Shown: positions 34,478 to 47,600 of the stretch, piece by piece | Layout of the letters: every line of letters starts with the position of its first letter | How positions within the stretch are numbered: the stretch's first letter is position 1 | Translations under genes and position numbers: made by a program | Notes under the pieces: model-generated | Told to the model about the DNA's origin: nothing | Databases searched by the model: none | The model's input: only the letters and a program-made list of their open reading frames with translations | NCBI GenBank assembly: GCA_051362555.1 | Contig: CM120642.1 | Span: 21,142,001 to 21,206,000 of the forward strand | DNA from: Lingula anatina | Taxonomy: Eukaryota; Animalia; Brachiopoda | DNA length: 64,000 nt | Direction: 5' to 3'

Positions 34478-36540
34478 TACATAATAACAATAATAGCAAA
34501 TGAATATTACTCTTGACCTGCATATAAAATTTTTATATTTCTATGGAATGTTTTCTTGTCTACTTTGATCAATCATCAGTATATGATAAGAACAGTTTAA
34601 TTTAGAGAAATCAGATATAAATACATAAAGCATCTTCAGCTGAAACATTTAGAAAATACAATGATTTCAGTTTAGAGATATTTTGCAATTGTTTAATACA
34701 CTCTTGAACATGGTAATATTTCAGTCTAATGTTCAAGAAATCCAAAAAATAAATTATTTCCTGTGCCTTAATTATACCACGCACTTTCAAAACTATATAA
34801 AAATGTTTTTACTTGTTTTCCATGTAATACATCATGCCTCATCTATCTTTAAAAGCATTTTATAGTTTGTTATTTTCTCCTCTGTTTATTTCATTTTTTT
34901 TATTTTATTATTTTTTAAATTTTATTTATTTATTATTATTATTATTAATTTTTTTTCTACTCTTAGCTGCAAACCATGGGTTATCTGATGCCATCACCTA
35001 AGATAGCTAATTTGGAAGTGCTTGATTTTACACCTTAAATTTTCCTTAAATAATATCAGCACCTGTTCACACAGTTTGAAGCCTCATACATCTGACCCAT
35101 AGAATACTATTGGTGCAATTAATTTATTTTAAAGTGTAAATGCAATATTGGGTTGAACTTAATCACAATAGTATTTCAACCTGTTTTTAATAATGGTAAC
35201 TTTTCCTTGCCTGCATAGTTTATTATAATGGTAACTTTTTCTTGCCTGCATACTCGATTTTTTTCTCAGCTCTTGTTCATGTTATACTATGGATTATTCT
35301 TTAATATATGGTGACAGACAGTGAAAGTGCATCAGAAAACTTTCTTGTCCTTTTTTTAATGAGAATCGATTCCAACTCTCTTTTGGTCATAAAAGAGTGA
35401 AATGTGTGACTGAATAATGTGTCATATTTCACATGAAAACTGTCATTTTCTTAATGTGCCAAAGGAACTTAAAATATTATTTGATAAATAAATGCTATGA
35501 TTTTATTGACTGTCAGTATACATTTAAAAGCCAATGTTTTACATAGCCATAGTTAAAAATAAAGATGTCGTATTGAAACGGATTTCTCAAACAGCAATAT
35601 TCTTGGATATGTCAAAATCTGGAGTCAGACATAATTAGTTGTACTCTGCCATTAGTACTTTTAAAAAACGTGCATCACTAGCATACAGTTCTAATTTAGT
35701 TTCAGGTTTCTGCAACCTTTTGGGACAATATATATCTCCCTGTTTGGTAAAGAAGTCCAAGGTCTCCAGGCTGAACAGAGAGGCATCCCAGTCAGCTATC
35801 TTCACTGCTACAACCAGCATACAAGACATTACAGCAGTCTGGTTGGCAGTTGAGATCTTCAGTTAAGTCCTGGATGCACATTTCATCAGCCCTACTAGTG
35901 CAGAAAATGTTGTCGATTCCATCAAACGGACAGAGGTAGACATCACACACTATAATGATTGGTGGTTTTTGTAGTCAGCAAACTGAAACATAGATGAAGG
36001 GGAAGTGATAACAAGGAAAAACTGAGTCAACTCGGAGATAAAAGTACACAGCCAGAAGCAGACATTGCAGGCTGCTAAGTCACAAGGCAGACTTGCATCT
36101 ATCACTACAAATGCAGCCTATGTTGATGGAAATGAAAAAAATTTTGGAAAAAATTTCCTATACAGATACATTTTTCCAATGCTCTAATTCTGTTATTCCA
36201 GACTGCCATTTTAGTTCTACATAACATGCTAAAGGTACAAATTCTGCCCTTATTATGCACATTTCTTAATTTATAGATTTCTATTTTAAAGTAAGGATAG
36301 TCTCAATTTGTATGTAACTACAATCAGTTTCACCATACATGTGTGCACTGCTAAATGTCTGATGTAAAAAATAAAGCTTTGAAACCGAGACATAAGTCCT
36401 CATTTGGTAAGCAAACAGCAATGTTGAATTTAAGTTGTAATAAGGAGGTGAAAGGGATGTTAATTCATTTCAATCGAGTTCAATAAACTTTCATGAGATA
36501 ATATTCATCCCCCAATTATACAGCCTGAATGTACACATAC

Positions 36541-37504
36541 ATTTAATGAAACGGTGCTTCAAAATAACTGGAACAGATCTTGACTTTCTCAGGATTGAAG
36601 TAGCTGTCACATCTGTTGATGCAGTGGATCAGCTGACTTCTCCATTTGTCTGAAACCTCAGACACTCCTGTGGATATGAAAAGATACATGTACCACCTTA
36701 ATTCTTGTACTCGCCTTAGAAATGGGAGTTTCTTTGTGGAATCAAAAGCTGGCATATGAAGGTGTAAAATATTGAACATTATGAGATTTAATAAATTGTC
36801 GTTTTATATATAATTATTGTGAAAGAAGTAAGTTATTCAACTGTGAAAAGGTGCAAAAGAGATAATAATAAAATGGTTTGCTTGATTATTATTTTGTGTT
36901 GCTTCAATTTTACCTTAGGCAAGCTGTGGAAAGAAAGACCCTTGCACTTCTGTGAAGAGGCACTGCATAGAATAACACAACAGAAACTCCTTCTTGACAC
37001 CCTTGAAAAGAACAGAATAAAAATTTACATTTCTAATAAATTATTATTATTATTAGTCCTACATAGTCAGGTATATCTTAATTATATGTTGAAGCTATAT
37101 CTCCAGGAGTAATAACCAGCTATAACTGATCTAGTTTAGTGTTGCAATGATCCTCTGGTGGTATGGCACAACTCCAAGTATGACTTTGATATTTCCATTT
37201 TTTCTTATTAAACATGTTCGTATTTTGCTTGTACAAATGCATAAAATGAAAAGGGGACAACTAAATATGTAATATTTATATGTATAAATATTCTGTGCTT
37301 TTATTAACAGCTTGGATAACGACATTTAGTTCACAGATTTCTCGAAGACCGTACATGGACACTTGAGGGATAAACGGAAAACAATCGGCGTCAGACGACC
37401 ATTGTATTCAAGGACAGATCATATCATGAATGAGCCTCTCACTCCTTAAATTTACGCTTAAAAAACACAATATTGTATTAAAATACAAAAGTTATTACTT
37501 ACAT
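36541..37504 (-). pseudogene. THAP-domain N-terminus of a P-type transposase, decayed
   Basis: The ATG is split by an intron (AT at 37503-37504, GTAAGT donor). Exon 36914-37001 reads VSRRSFCCVILCSASSQKCKGLSFHSLPK; exon 36541-36667 reads ...WRSQLIHCINRCDSYFNPEKVKICSSYFE. This is the THAP C2CH pattern with His replaced by Tyr and with frameshifts. No DDE domain is visible. Confidence 0.75.
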
Positions 37505-38398
37505 TGCTAAATTATATTCCGTGTTATCTTCGACTTCGGTAATACACTCTGTCACACGCACCAAATAAAGCGCTTTGGGTTTTAATGATTCCGTTTTCAC
37601 ACCATAAAAACTGCAGTTAGAATGTCCAGACTCCCGTTTACGCCATAGCAAATCACATTATCGTAAAAACTAGCTCTAGTCGCTATGAATAGTAGTTATT
37701 GAAACATGTAGAGCGTGAGTTGAATGCAGCGGCATGGAAACCGGAAGTGAAACTCCCCAACTCTCGCCCAACTCTCGGGGTCACAAGCTCGGCCTGCGAG
37801 ATTTGAAGTTGGCATTCCATTTTCTCTACTTCTATGATATAACATAGCAAGCTTTGACTATGGGGCTCGTCCGAGTGGAAATGGACTCTCAGGAGATGGC
37901 TCCGTCTGCCACCATCTGATTAATGTCAAATAGGCAGTTTCTGAGAGTTTAGGATCTTGACTAACAAATTATCATCATGGACAGAAATAGAAAAGGTGGT
38001 AATGTTTTCAATAAGACTAAATTTGCAAAAAAACGAACTTATTTTGCAGCTTTTTTTTACTTTCTGCCATATGTTTTGACGGCCATTTTGGCTTTTTTGC
38101 TATATGTAACAGGCTTAAGTGTATTCACTAGCACTGTTGTGCTCTCCTGACAGGATGCACGTTCAAAAAAGCTGTCAATAAACCATACCCGGCGACTTCT
38201 GTTCTTTTTTCTATTTTTCCTCATAAATTGACGGCCATATTGAAAAATGCTCAATGTCTCGGAAATAGCAACCAAGCTAATTTTGCTTCTGTCAACCTAA
38301 AGAATGCATTTCAGCAAAAAATATTTTTCAGGAAAAAACATTGCAGGGTTAGCGTTCTGGCTACTCGACTAATTCACATTTGGCAAAGATCTTGTAGA

Positions 38399-39960
38399 TT
38401 TTTATGTACAGACACAGATGTGTCTGTACATATTGCCATCACCTGCGTCTGTCGTCGCCGATGGCGATGGCGATGGCGATGGCGATGCCGATGCCGGCGC
38501 CGTGCACTTTCCTTGTAAACACGATAAGTGGAGGGCAGTTTTACTTTTTGGCTTTATATTTACAGAGCTGATGAATATTCATAAAACGCAGGTCAAGTTC
38601 GAAAATCAGCATGATCGGGCCATTATTGTAGAAGTTATGCTGTTTTTTCACTTTTCAGCATATATGCAACACTGTAAACACATTTCAACGAAAACCGATA
38701 GGCCTGTTGTCATGAAACTCACAGGAAAAATTGATCTTACTAAAACGCAGGTCAAGTTCGAAAATTGGCATGATCGGGCCACTATTTTAGTAGTTATGCT
38801 TTTTTTCTTTTTTCAGCATATATGCAACACTGTAAACACAATATAAGAAAAACAGATAGGCCAATTGTCATTAAACTCACAGGAGTGGTCAATCCTGCTA
38901 AAACGCAAGTCAAGTTCAAAAATCAGCATAATCAGGCCATTATTTTAGAAGTTATGCTGTTTTTTACATTTCCTTAGATTCAATTCTTAGGCATGTTAAC
39001 AGTTTCATTATTTAATTAATAAGATATGTAAAAGTGTTTTTTTGACATTTCCTGCATCTTTACTACATTGTTAGTTGATTTTGTAAAAATGATGTTAAAC
39101 TTGTTATTGTGTATTGTGTAATAAAGTTTCAAAAATGGAAATAAACTCATATCATTGCAGTTTGTCAGATTGAATCATTCACTATGTTCAGAATCTCAGA
39201 ATGGAGGAAATTGGACATTTGACACTATTCTATTGATATTTTTCCCATCTCATCAATTTTCTTAGTTGATCATATAAAAATGGCAGTTAACTGTTAATTT
39301 TGTTTTATGTTAAAAATTGTTAAAAATGGAAATAAACCCATTTCAGAACAGTGCTGTCTTGTTTACATTTTGGCATTTTCAAGTTGTGACTTTGAAGTTC
39401 CATGGGCCTGAAGACCTTTGCTAGTCACATTTTCTGAATATCCATGATACTAATATTTTATTATTAAAAATTGATGGTCATTATGCTGTTAAACATTATG
39501 TAATATTGCATCAAAATTTGAAAAAAAAACTATTTTGGGCACTGCTCCCATGATGACCATTTAAGAAAAACCATGTCACTTACTGTTCTCAAACAGTACA
39601 GTAAATATGTACAGATGTGTCTGTACATATTGCCATCACCTGCGTCTGTCGTCGCCGTCATCGCTGTTGCCGGCACCTTGCACTTTCATTGTAAACACGA
39701 TAAGTGGAAGGCAGTTTTACTTTTGGGCTTTATATTTAAAGAGCTGATGAATATTCATAAAACGCAGGTCAAGTTCGAAAATCAGGATGATCGGGCCATT
39801 ATTGTAGAAGTTATGCTTTTTTCTTTCACTTTTCAACATATATGCAACACTGTAAACACATTTCAAGGAAAACCGATAGGCCTGTTGTCGTGAAACTCTC
39901 AGGAGTAATCGATCTTACTAAAACGGAGGTCAAGTTCGAAAATTGGCATGCAGCCTGAGT
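38399..39960. mobile_element. Helentron/HINE-like family A copy (opposite orientation to 1-1690), with a partial second copy from ~39607
   Basis: TTTTTATGTACAGACACAGATGTGTCTGTACA hairpin start, (GATGGC)n microsatellite, ~160-bp repeat units, and a body homologous to 650-1135. Confidence 0.8.
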
Positions 39961-40558
39961 TGGAAAAGCAGTCTAATTGGCTTCTTTTTCTGGAAGTTAT
40001 ACATTTTCAAAGTGTGAACTTGAACTCTCATGGGCCTGAAGCCTTATGCTTGTTACACATTTTACTTTCATTGGTATTACCTGTTGAGCATAATTAAAAT
40101 TTGATGTTGAATTTACAGTTTAACATAATGTACTTTTGCATCAGAATAAACAGTAGCCTATTTTGTGCATAGTTATTTCCTGCTTTTTGTCTGTACATTT
40201 GACAGCTTTGCTGCCTTGTTGTTCATTGTCATGCAAATCAAACTTCTGGACTTCCTTTCTACATACATATTCTTTGCACAAGGTCTTCTCTTTTTCTGCA
40301 ACCTACACATTGCAGAAAATCTTTGACAAATAGTGGTGGGTCCAGATCCAATTGTGTGAATGCTCCCTTTTTAATATAAAAGAAGTATTTATGTCAAGAA
40401 CCATTTTGTGTAACCATGGCTTCGTAGATCAAGCTGCTGTAGCCTTGTTGCATTTAAAGTGTGCTGTCATGTTCTACAGTGCTCTTGGTTACCTTGTGCT
40501 GGTTGCTGTTGATGTGCAGGGGAAGGCCATTGCATGAGTTCCTCGTAAAAGGTTCTAA

Positions 40559-41353
40559 TACCCCGTCACACTTATTTGGAATCAGCAGGAATGAAGAAGA
40601 ATGAGCCTGAACGAAGAATTTTTTAAATTCGCACCACATTCGGGGGAAAAATTTCAAATTGATCTTAATTATTGTAAGAGTATCGTTGGAATACTCAGAA
40701 TGCGCTTGAATTCGCCTGGAATGATGAGTGCACTTTCGACTGTGTAGCTCTCAAAAGCAGTTCGAAAGTAGTTGGAAAACTAGGAATATTTATAATGCTG
40801 TAAGAAAGCAGTAAGAATATTTAGAATATACTTTGAACGGTGCACTAGTGCAGTTCAATTGCTGGCAACATTAATATTTCAGCTCATCCGAGGCACATTC
40901 GAAACATTCTGGCGGGATATAAAATCCCCGTCACACTAGAGGTGGAATGATTAAGAATGGTGTCTGAAATACAATTCTTTGTGCATTCCAGGATATTGGA
41001 AGAGCATTCTAAAAACATTATAAAAATTCTGAGTGCATTCCAAATATTTTTACCCAATCTTGTGGCCGGCTCGAATGTTTTTGTCATGTCAAAAACTTTT
41101 GAAGTGCATTCCAAGAGGAAATTTATCGCAATATCCCTACAGTATTCCAACAACATTCGAGCTGCATTTGAGAGGTAATATACCTGGAATGTGCAAGAAT
41201 CATTCCAGGCGGGTTTGATGTGCATTCTTACAAAGCCGTAATATTTTATGATAATTTGAAATTCCCTCCCGAATATGGTACTCCCTCCCGAATTTTTTAA
41301 TTTAGTAATTCCGGCTTGATTCCTACTGATTTAGAGTAAGTTTGACGGGGGCT
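40559..41353. mobile_element. PIF/Harbinger-like non-autonomous element
   Basis: TIR core CCCCGTCA(C/A)ACTTA flanked by TAA/TTA. An internal TIR copy lies at ~40926, and the body has many GAAT/ATTC/TCGA motifs. Confidence 0.7.
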
Positions 41354-41426
41354 TTAAGTCACTTGTCAGTTCGAATATTCCTCTAATGTGATCAGAATGT
41401 TTCGAATGCTGTCGAAATGCCGTGAG

Positions 41427-41975
41427 GCTGATTTTCAAACTTGACCTGTATTTCATGAATATTCATCAGTTTTGTAAGTTTGAATATAATTGGTAAAATG
41501 GTTTTCATTTTATTTGTATAAGGGTGCATAAAATGTGCTAAAAAAAAAAAAAGCAAAGAAACGGCATAACTTTTTGGGAAAAAGGGTCCGATTAGGCCGG
41601 TTTTTCAACTTGACCTGTATTTCATGAATCTTCATCAGTTCTATAAGCTTGAAGACAAAAGGTGAAATGGTTTTCATTTTATTTATATAAATATGCATAA
41701 AATATGCTAAAAAAAAAAAAGATAACTTTTGGAAAAATTGTCCGATCAGGCTGATTTTAGAACTTAACCCGTGTTTTATGACTATTCATCAGTTCTTTAG
41801 GTTTGAAGGCAAAAGGTAAAACTGCTTGCATTTTATTTGTATAATACTGAAATTGCATGATGATAATGATGCTAATGCAGAAACAAACACAAGTGACGGC
41901 AATATGTACCTGTATTTCCATTTTTATATAAATAACATGAAAACCATACGTGTCTGTATCATTGCCATCACTGAT
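41427..41975. repeat. Diverged ~160-bp family-A tandem units (3 copies) with a decayed terminus
   Basis: Repeated gattttcaaacttgacctg...atgaatattcatcagtt...aaaaggt.aaatggttttc. Confidence 0.65.
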
Positions 41976-44632
41976 ATGTTCCCACCATAACTGTCATTTA
42001 ATTTGCTTTTATTTTATTATGTGTTATTCACCGCTATATCGGATCACGCTACCCCTTTTCAAGGTGTGTCTAAGTATGCGCTTGGAAGTATCAGACGGGC
42101 CACCCTGGTCTGGCCTTGCCTGTATGCAATGTGGTGATAGTGATGATTCTGAGCGGGGCTGAAAAGTAGTGCATCTCATCAAGATTCATGCACTACTGCT
42201 ATTTTCCCTGTATTATGTAATAAATCTAACAATGTCGTGATTTTTGAAACATGAAATTCAGGTTTGAACATAGCCAACGGTGTTATGCAGCAGGATGTTT
42301 TAAGTTTTTTAATCCTTTTGAAACTGAAAACTTCCTTTAAAACTTGGTTACATTTCTTTCCAATGAATAAAGTACATTAACAGATTCATGTAATATCATT
42401 ATAACTGAGACGTCTGAACAATCTGTACCAAACATTGATAGAATTTGGTTTGATTTGTGGAAGTTTTTAAAATATAATTTGGTCATGAAATCGCCATTTT
42501 GGCAGTGGTTTGCAACCCAATGTTTTCTCTGACCCAATATGTTGAATAACTGGAACCAACTTTTGCAAAATTTATGACTTGTTTGAATATTTGTGCCGCA
42601 ATTAAGTTAACAATGAGTATTTCTTTTCCCCATGCCATTTCCATTTAAATAGTGCAGTAAAACTTAAAAGAAACATTAAGCCGTTTTTTATATAGGTAGA
42701 GTTACAGTCTTGTATAACATTGGCTTGATAAAGCTTGTATATTTCTGTATTATAGGTTTTTTCTACTTTGTTATTAATTTAAGAAATAACAGATTCAATT
42801 TCAGGTACGTGCAAAAAGTTTATTATGCATAGAGTGTTACATTTGCTATGGAAGTGACATACAATAAGTGTAATCAAATCACAGAAAATGGCAAATTAAT
42901 GAAGCAAGTTACATTGTTCAATAAAAGGAGATTTGCAATTGCTTAATATGAACTACTCATTGCTTTCTGGTATCACAGATTTTGTCAGAATTGAAACTGT
43001 TGTCAAACATATATTTACTAAAAATTGTGTATATTCTTCTTTGTTTATCAGTATTTTGAATGGTTGAATTTGTATATATATATATCATAATATATGATTT
43101 TGATCTGCAAGATACATGTACATGTATGTTACAGTATGGAATTCATATCCAAATAAAGAGTAGTTGAAGACAATGAGCTGCTGTGCTTTGGAGCTGAAGT
43201 GATGAGCATAGCAAAGCTGCCATGTGTACATATATATATATATACTGTATCAATATCAGTAACATAAATGTTTAAATTTTACAAGGTATTGGCATATTTC
43301 TCGAAATGCTGCAGAAGTTTGAGCATAACAAATCATCTTTTTGTCAACTGTGATGCAATAATACTTAATGCTAAACAGTAAAATCCCAGACAAAAATGGT
43401 CCCAAAAAGCTAAGTTGATCTGCATTTCACTGGTATCAGTCACTACAGTAAGTTTGAGGATACGTTCCACATGTATCTATGTATTGTGCTAACAGTAGAA
43501 AGTGGCTGCAATTCAGGTGACAACACACTGTGTCTGTACATAAAAATGGATTACTTGAGCAATTCAAACTGCTTTAGTTTATACACATATCTATGGTGAA
43601 AACACGGTTTGTTAAAAGAAAAATATCTGATTTACACTCAAGGTGAACATGCGGTCTTTTACTTTTAAATATGTTCTTAAACCACTTATTGTTGAACTTA
43701 CCTTCGGCCTTAATTCAAGGAGAGGAGATCAACAAAGTAAGGAAGTTGAACTTATATATGGACAAATAATAACTTTTGATCTTTTTTAACAGATATTAAT
43801 TAATGACCAAGAAATAATGTTGTTTAAAATAATGTAATATCAGGTCTGGTACAATCTTGTTACCTGACCTGGCCAATTAGAAATCGCAACATACATTATT
43901 AATCTTAATTAAAAATCTTTCAGAAACATAGCTTTGAAGTGATTATATAATTAAAGTATACAGGAATTGTGGTGGTTTTAAGTAGAACTCTAAGGTAACC
44001 TGACTTTCCGTTTTGTTGGTACATGTCAACAGGAATGAGCTAGTTTAAAGAATTTATGGCTTAAAGTACTATATAATTAGAATTCGCTATTTTCCCTCAA
44101 AGTGTAAGTGGTACCACACAATAAGAGTCATATTCTTGTTAAGTTTTCCAAATACTGCACACTAGAGGTCCTGTCTTCGAAATCAGGTTTATGACCTGTA
44201 AGTGCATTGGTAAAAAAAGAAAAACCCAGAGCAAACAACTTTATCATCCCAAATCAACAAAATAAGCATTATGAGGTAATGTTTTTAGGTTGTTAACTTA
44301 TTATCTTAATGTGATTGTCTTCATTAGAAAGAATACTACTGCAAAGACATTAATACAATGCCTATGTCAAGTAATAAACATTAGTTGAGCATGTATGTAT
44401 CACAGTGTGGCCTGTAAGTTTGTACACGATAAAGTACAAGAAAGTATATTTCAGACCTACTGGTGTCTAAAGAAACACTATAGTTTATCAAAATTTAAGT
44501 TGTATTATGCATTTCTACAGATAAAGATAGAAAATATCCTGCCCTTTTATTAATGGATTATACTTGACCCATACTGGAAATATGGTCTGAGTTGAATGGC
44601 AGCTATATCATTCCAGTTAATCATTGGTCAAT

Positions 44633-47600
44633 TTATCCCCAATCAGGATGGATAGCAAAGTGCCTTGGTATGTGCTGATGTGGCTCTGTGAAATGAGAGC
44701 TTTTGTTCTCTACTCTGTTCTTGTCAGGATACACTGGAAGGTGATGCCATGTGGTGTGCATGGGACGTGCGTCGCGTGTTTTGGGAGACAGGAGGCGGAT
44801 ATATTGCAGCTTTGTGTTCTCTCGCAATCTTCCTGGGCCTTTGTATCTTGGTAGGAGGAAAGCTCCTATTGGTTGTCCTCTGAAAATGCAAATTTGTTAC
44901 ATATTGGTTTTGACATTTTGGAAATATGAAACCATGCTCTGTCTCACCTTCACATATACTACAGATGTGTTTTAAACATTTGAACTTTATTTTAAAAAAA
45001 TGAACTTTCAGATCAAGCATGGAGATTTATAATAGATTTCTGTATAATTAGACCACAAAAATTAACAAATGACTTAAAAATTCCACTTGGATACACTGTT
45101 TTAAATGAATGAACAAAGGTAAGTGAATAGTTTGGGTAAAAGTGTCCAAAATGCAATCAAAATCTATATCATGGAGTATTTGGTGACAACAATTTGCCCC
45201 TATCAGAACAAAGATGTCTTGATAAAGCTCTTTTGAGATAAATTCCTCATAGTGGCAGATAATTTGATGATGGAATTAACTATTTACATAAATAATTCAA
45301 ATGTTTGAACAAAATGATTAAATAAGTGACAAATGGATTTCCAGCAATGAAACCACATGGTACCAGTATATCATGGCTAAGAAGCCACTGGTTCCTCATC
45401 TGACCTCATTGTGCCATATCACCTCACCTGTTCAGTTGCTTTAACAGCATATCCAGCCTGTTCATTTGTTCCTCACATGTGGTTCCCATCAGCTTAGTGC
45501 CAGCAACTGATTGAAAAAACTGGAGGGCAACTCTACGATCTGAAAAGGAATTTACTGTTATGCCCTAAAAGATGCAGTGTCTGTAAAATTCACATTCAAA
45601 TTTCCCATTAGAAAGATCAAGTTATTATTGTATGACTTTTAGATTCTTTGTGAAAAGCAGTGAAATCTGGTAAATCTTACATGGCAAAGGTTGTTTTTTT
45701 TTTTTTGCCTCTCAAATTACTCAAGACTTATGAGCAACAGGACCCAGATATGTTCAAAGAGAAATGGAGCTCAAAGGTCCCTACCTTGTTCACTTGCTGA
45801 TGACAGCCATTTTTGTGCAGCTTGCTTAGCATCTGGCAGCAAGGCCTTGTGTAGTGTCCTGTCTATTTCTGCAAACTTGCTGGATTGTCTTATCACCTTA
45901 TCAATTACACTCTTAGAATACTGTGTCTTCCAGATACCTGGGGTCTTCACCTCAGTCTTTGACCGCTCTATGGCAGGGGTCTGAATATAGGAGATTTATT
46001 TTCATTCATTGATCATTAGTCTGAAGCTTCATTAGTTCAAAATTTCATTAGTTTGAAGGTTTTAAAAGTCCAAATTCAATCTTTTTGAAATGCTCATTTT
46101 TCTGAAGGTTTATTAACCTGAAAAAAAAGCCATATAGATAAATATCCTTTACCTACAGGGTATAAATAGAGCACAGAGTACACCTTTAGTTCAAACACTG
46201 TCTCAGTGTTCATACTCAAAAAAAAAAAAAAAAAAAAAAATTAATGGCATCATTGCGTACTGTACATCAAGTCCATGCCAGTGGAGTTCATTCCTGTATT
46301 GATAATAAGGCAAAATAATGCTATTGTTGAATGAAACATATTAATAAGACACCCCAGCTAACTCCATAACAAAATATCTTAAACCACACCAAGTGCATGA
46401 GATAATTGTTCACACCTTGCTGACACCCATGCCCATTGTCGTGATGAAATCTCATTCAGGTAAAAACAGCTTGCTGTCTCATCTCATCGGTCAAACTGAT
46501 GATTAAGACTGTAAAATTGATATTTTTGATTATATAGACACTTAAACTTGCCAAACAACCTTTTTAATCACGGTTAGTAGAAAGAATCTGGCATTAAATT
46601 GAATATCACCACAATGCACCTGCATGTTGTCTTTCTTTGGAAGCATAATGTCATTGTTGAGAAAATAATTAACAGCTATAAGCTTTTCAATTATTATTTT
46701 AAGTGAGGTGTATGATATGCATGATAAGGTGCATCTACTTTGTATCATTGTAGGTTGAGTATCCTGTCACATGGGAATAATTTGATGCGCAGTCCTTTGA
46801 AGCAAACTACTTTGGGAAGCTTAGTGACATCCTGATTTAATAAAGATCATATTCAAACGTAACTTTATTGATATTCCTATATAATTTATTTGTCTGATAT
46901 GGATAGATATGTACTTTTGAGTCCTCTAAACTTTACAGTATTATGCATTCATACTTTCAGACTTAGTCTATCAAAATTTCAATGAACCTCAAGGAATATC
47001 AATAAACCTTAGGACCATTGAACCTTCCTGCTATCGTCATGCAACCCAAAATGTCATCGGATACATTTACTGTAAGGGACAACAGACAGGAGAAAATGTT
47101 AGATTTGACTTTAGGATGTGGCGGTATATGCAATGATTTATTCAAAAGTGCCTCCATAGTTGAATCTGTCTTGCCCGGGGTGACTACCCTTTATGTCACA
47201 ATATGAAACATATAATTATCAAATGGAGCAAATATTTTTTAAATTTGAAGAAAGAATGGAAAATTATAATATATAATAACTATTAATTTGAAGTAATCAC
47301 TTGCATGTTATAAGGCTAAAAATGTCATCTTTCTTGTCCAATCTTCAACTTCCTACAAATCATATCTGTATTTAGACAAGTGGCTAATTAATTGTCTTGT
47401 TAAGTTGCAAAAACTGATTACTAAAGTCAATTACTAAAATGCCACTACACATAATATTTTTTAAATCAAAGGTGAAATCTTACCTTGATTCCTGCTCCCC
47501 CCCTGTTATCTCCTTGCAGTGGACTTGGCAGAGTGGCACTTCTTACACTTCTCTGGCTGCCAGCCACAGAGGCTGCAGAGTAAGCTTTAGGTTGGACACC

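Larger units (their letters stand above)
31407..37836. mobile_element. P-element-superfamily transposon, internally deleted, nested in the Academ-like element
   Basis: TIRs of ~100-110 bp beginning CATAGAAGTAGAGAAAATGGAATGCCAACT, a perfect 7-bp TSD ATATAAC (31400-31406, 37837-37843), and internal THAP exons. Confidence 0.85.
30588..38371. mobile_element. Academ-like DNA transposon (non-autonomous), host of nested insertions
   Basis: Termini TAGTCGAGT(T/A)GCCA and ...CTCGACTA, ~370-bp imperfect TIRs (30588-~30960 and ~38003-38371), and a 3-bp TSD ATT (30585-30587, 38372-38374). TAG ends with a 3-4 bp TSD fit Academ as I recall it. Confidence 0.8.

Noticed and set aside
38418-39893. Repeated ORFs MCLYILPSPASVVA... 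(142 aa and 106 aa; also near 51356-51607)
   Set aside because: Chance open frames in family-A repeat termini; frames break at different points in different copies.
47018-47206. Stretch open on both strands inside a gene 3 intron
   Set aside because: No convincing splice sites in a compatible phase; the flanking exons already join in frame.
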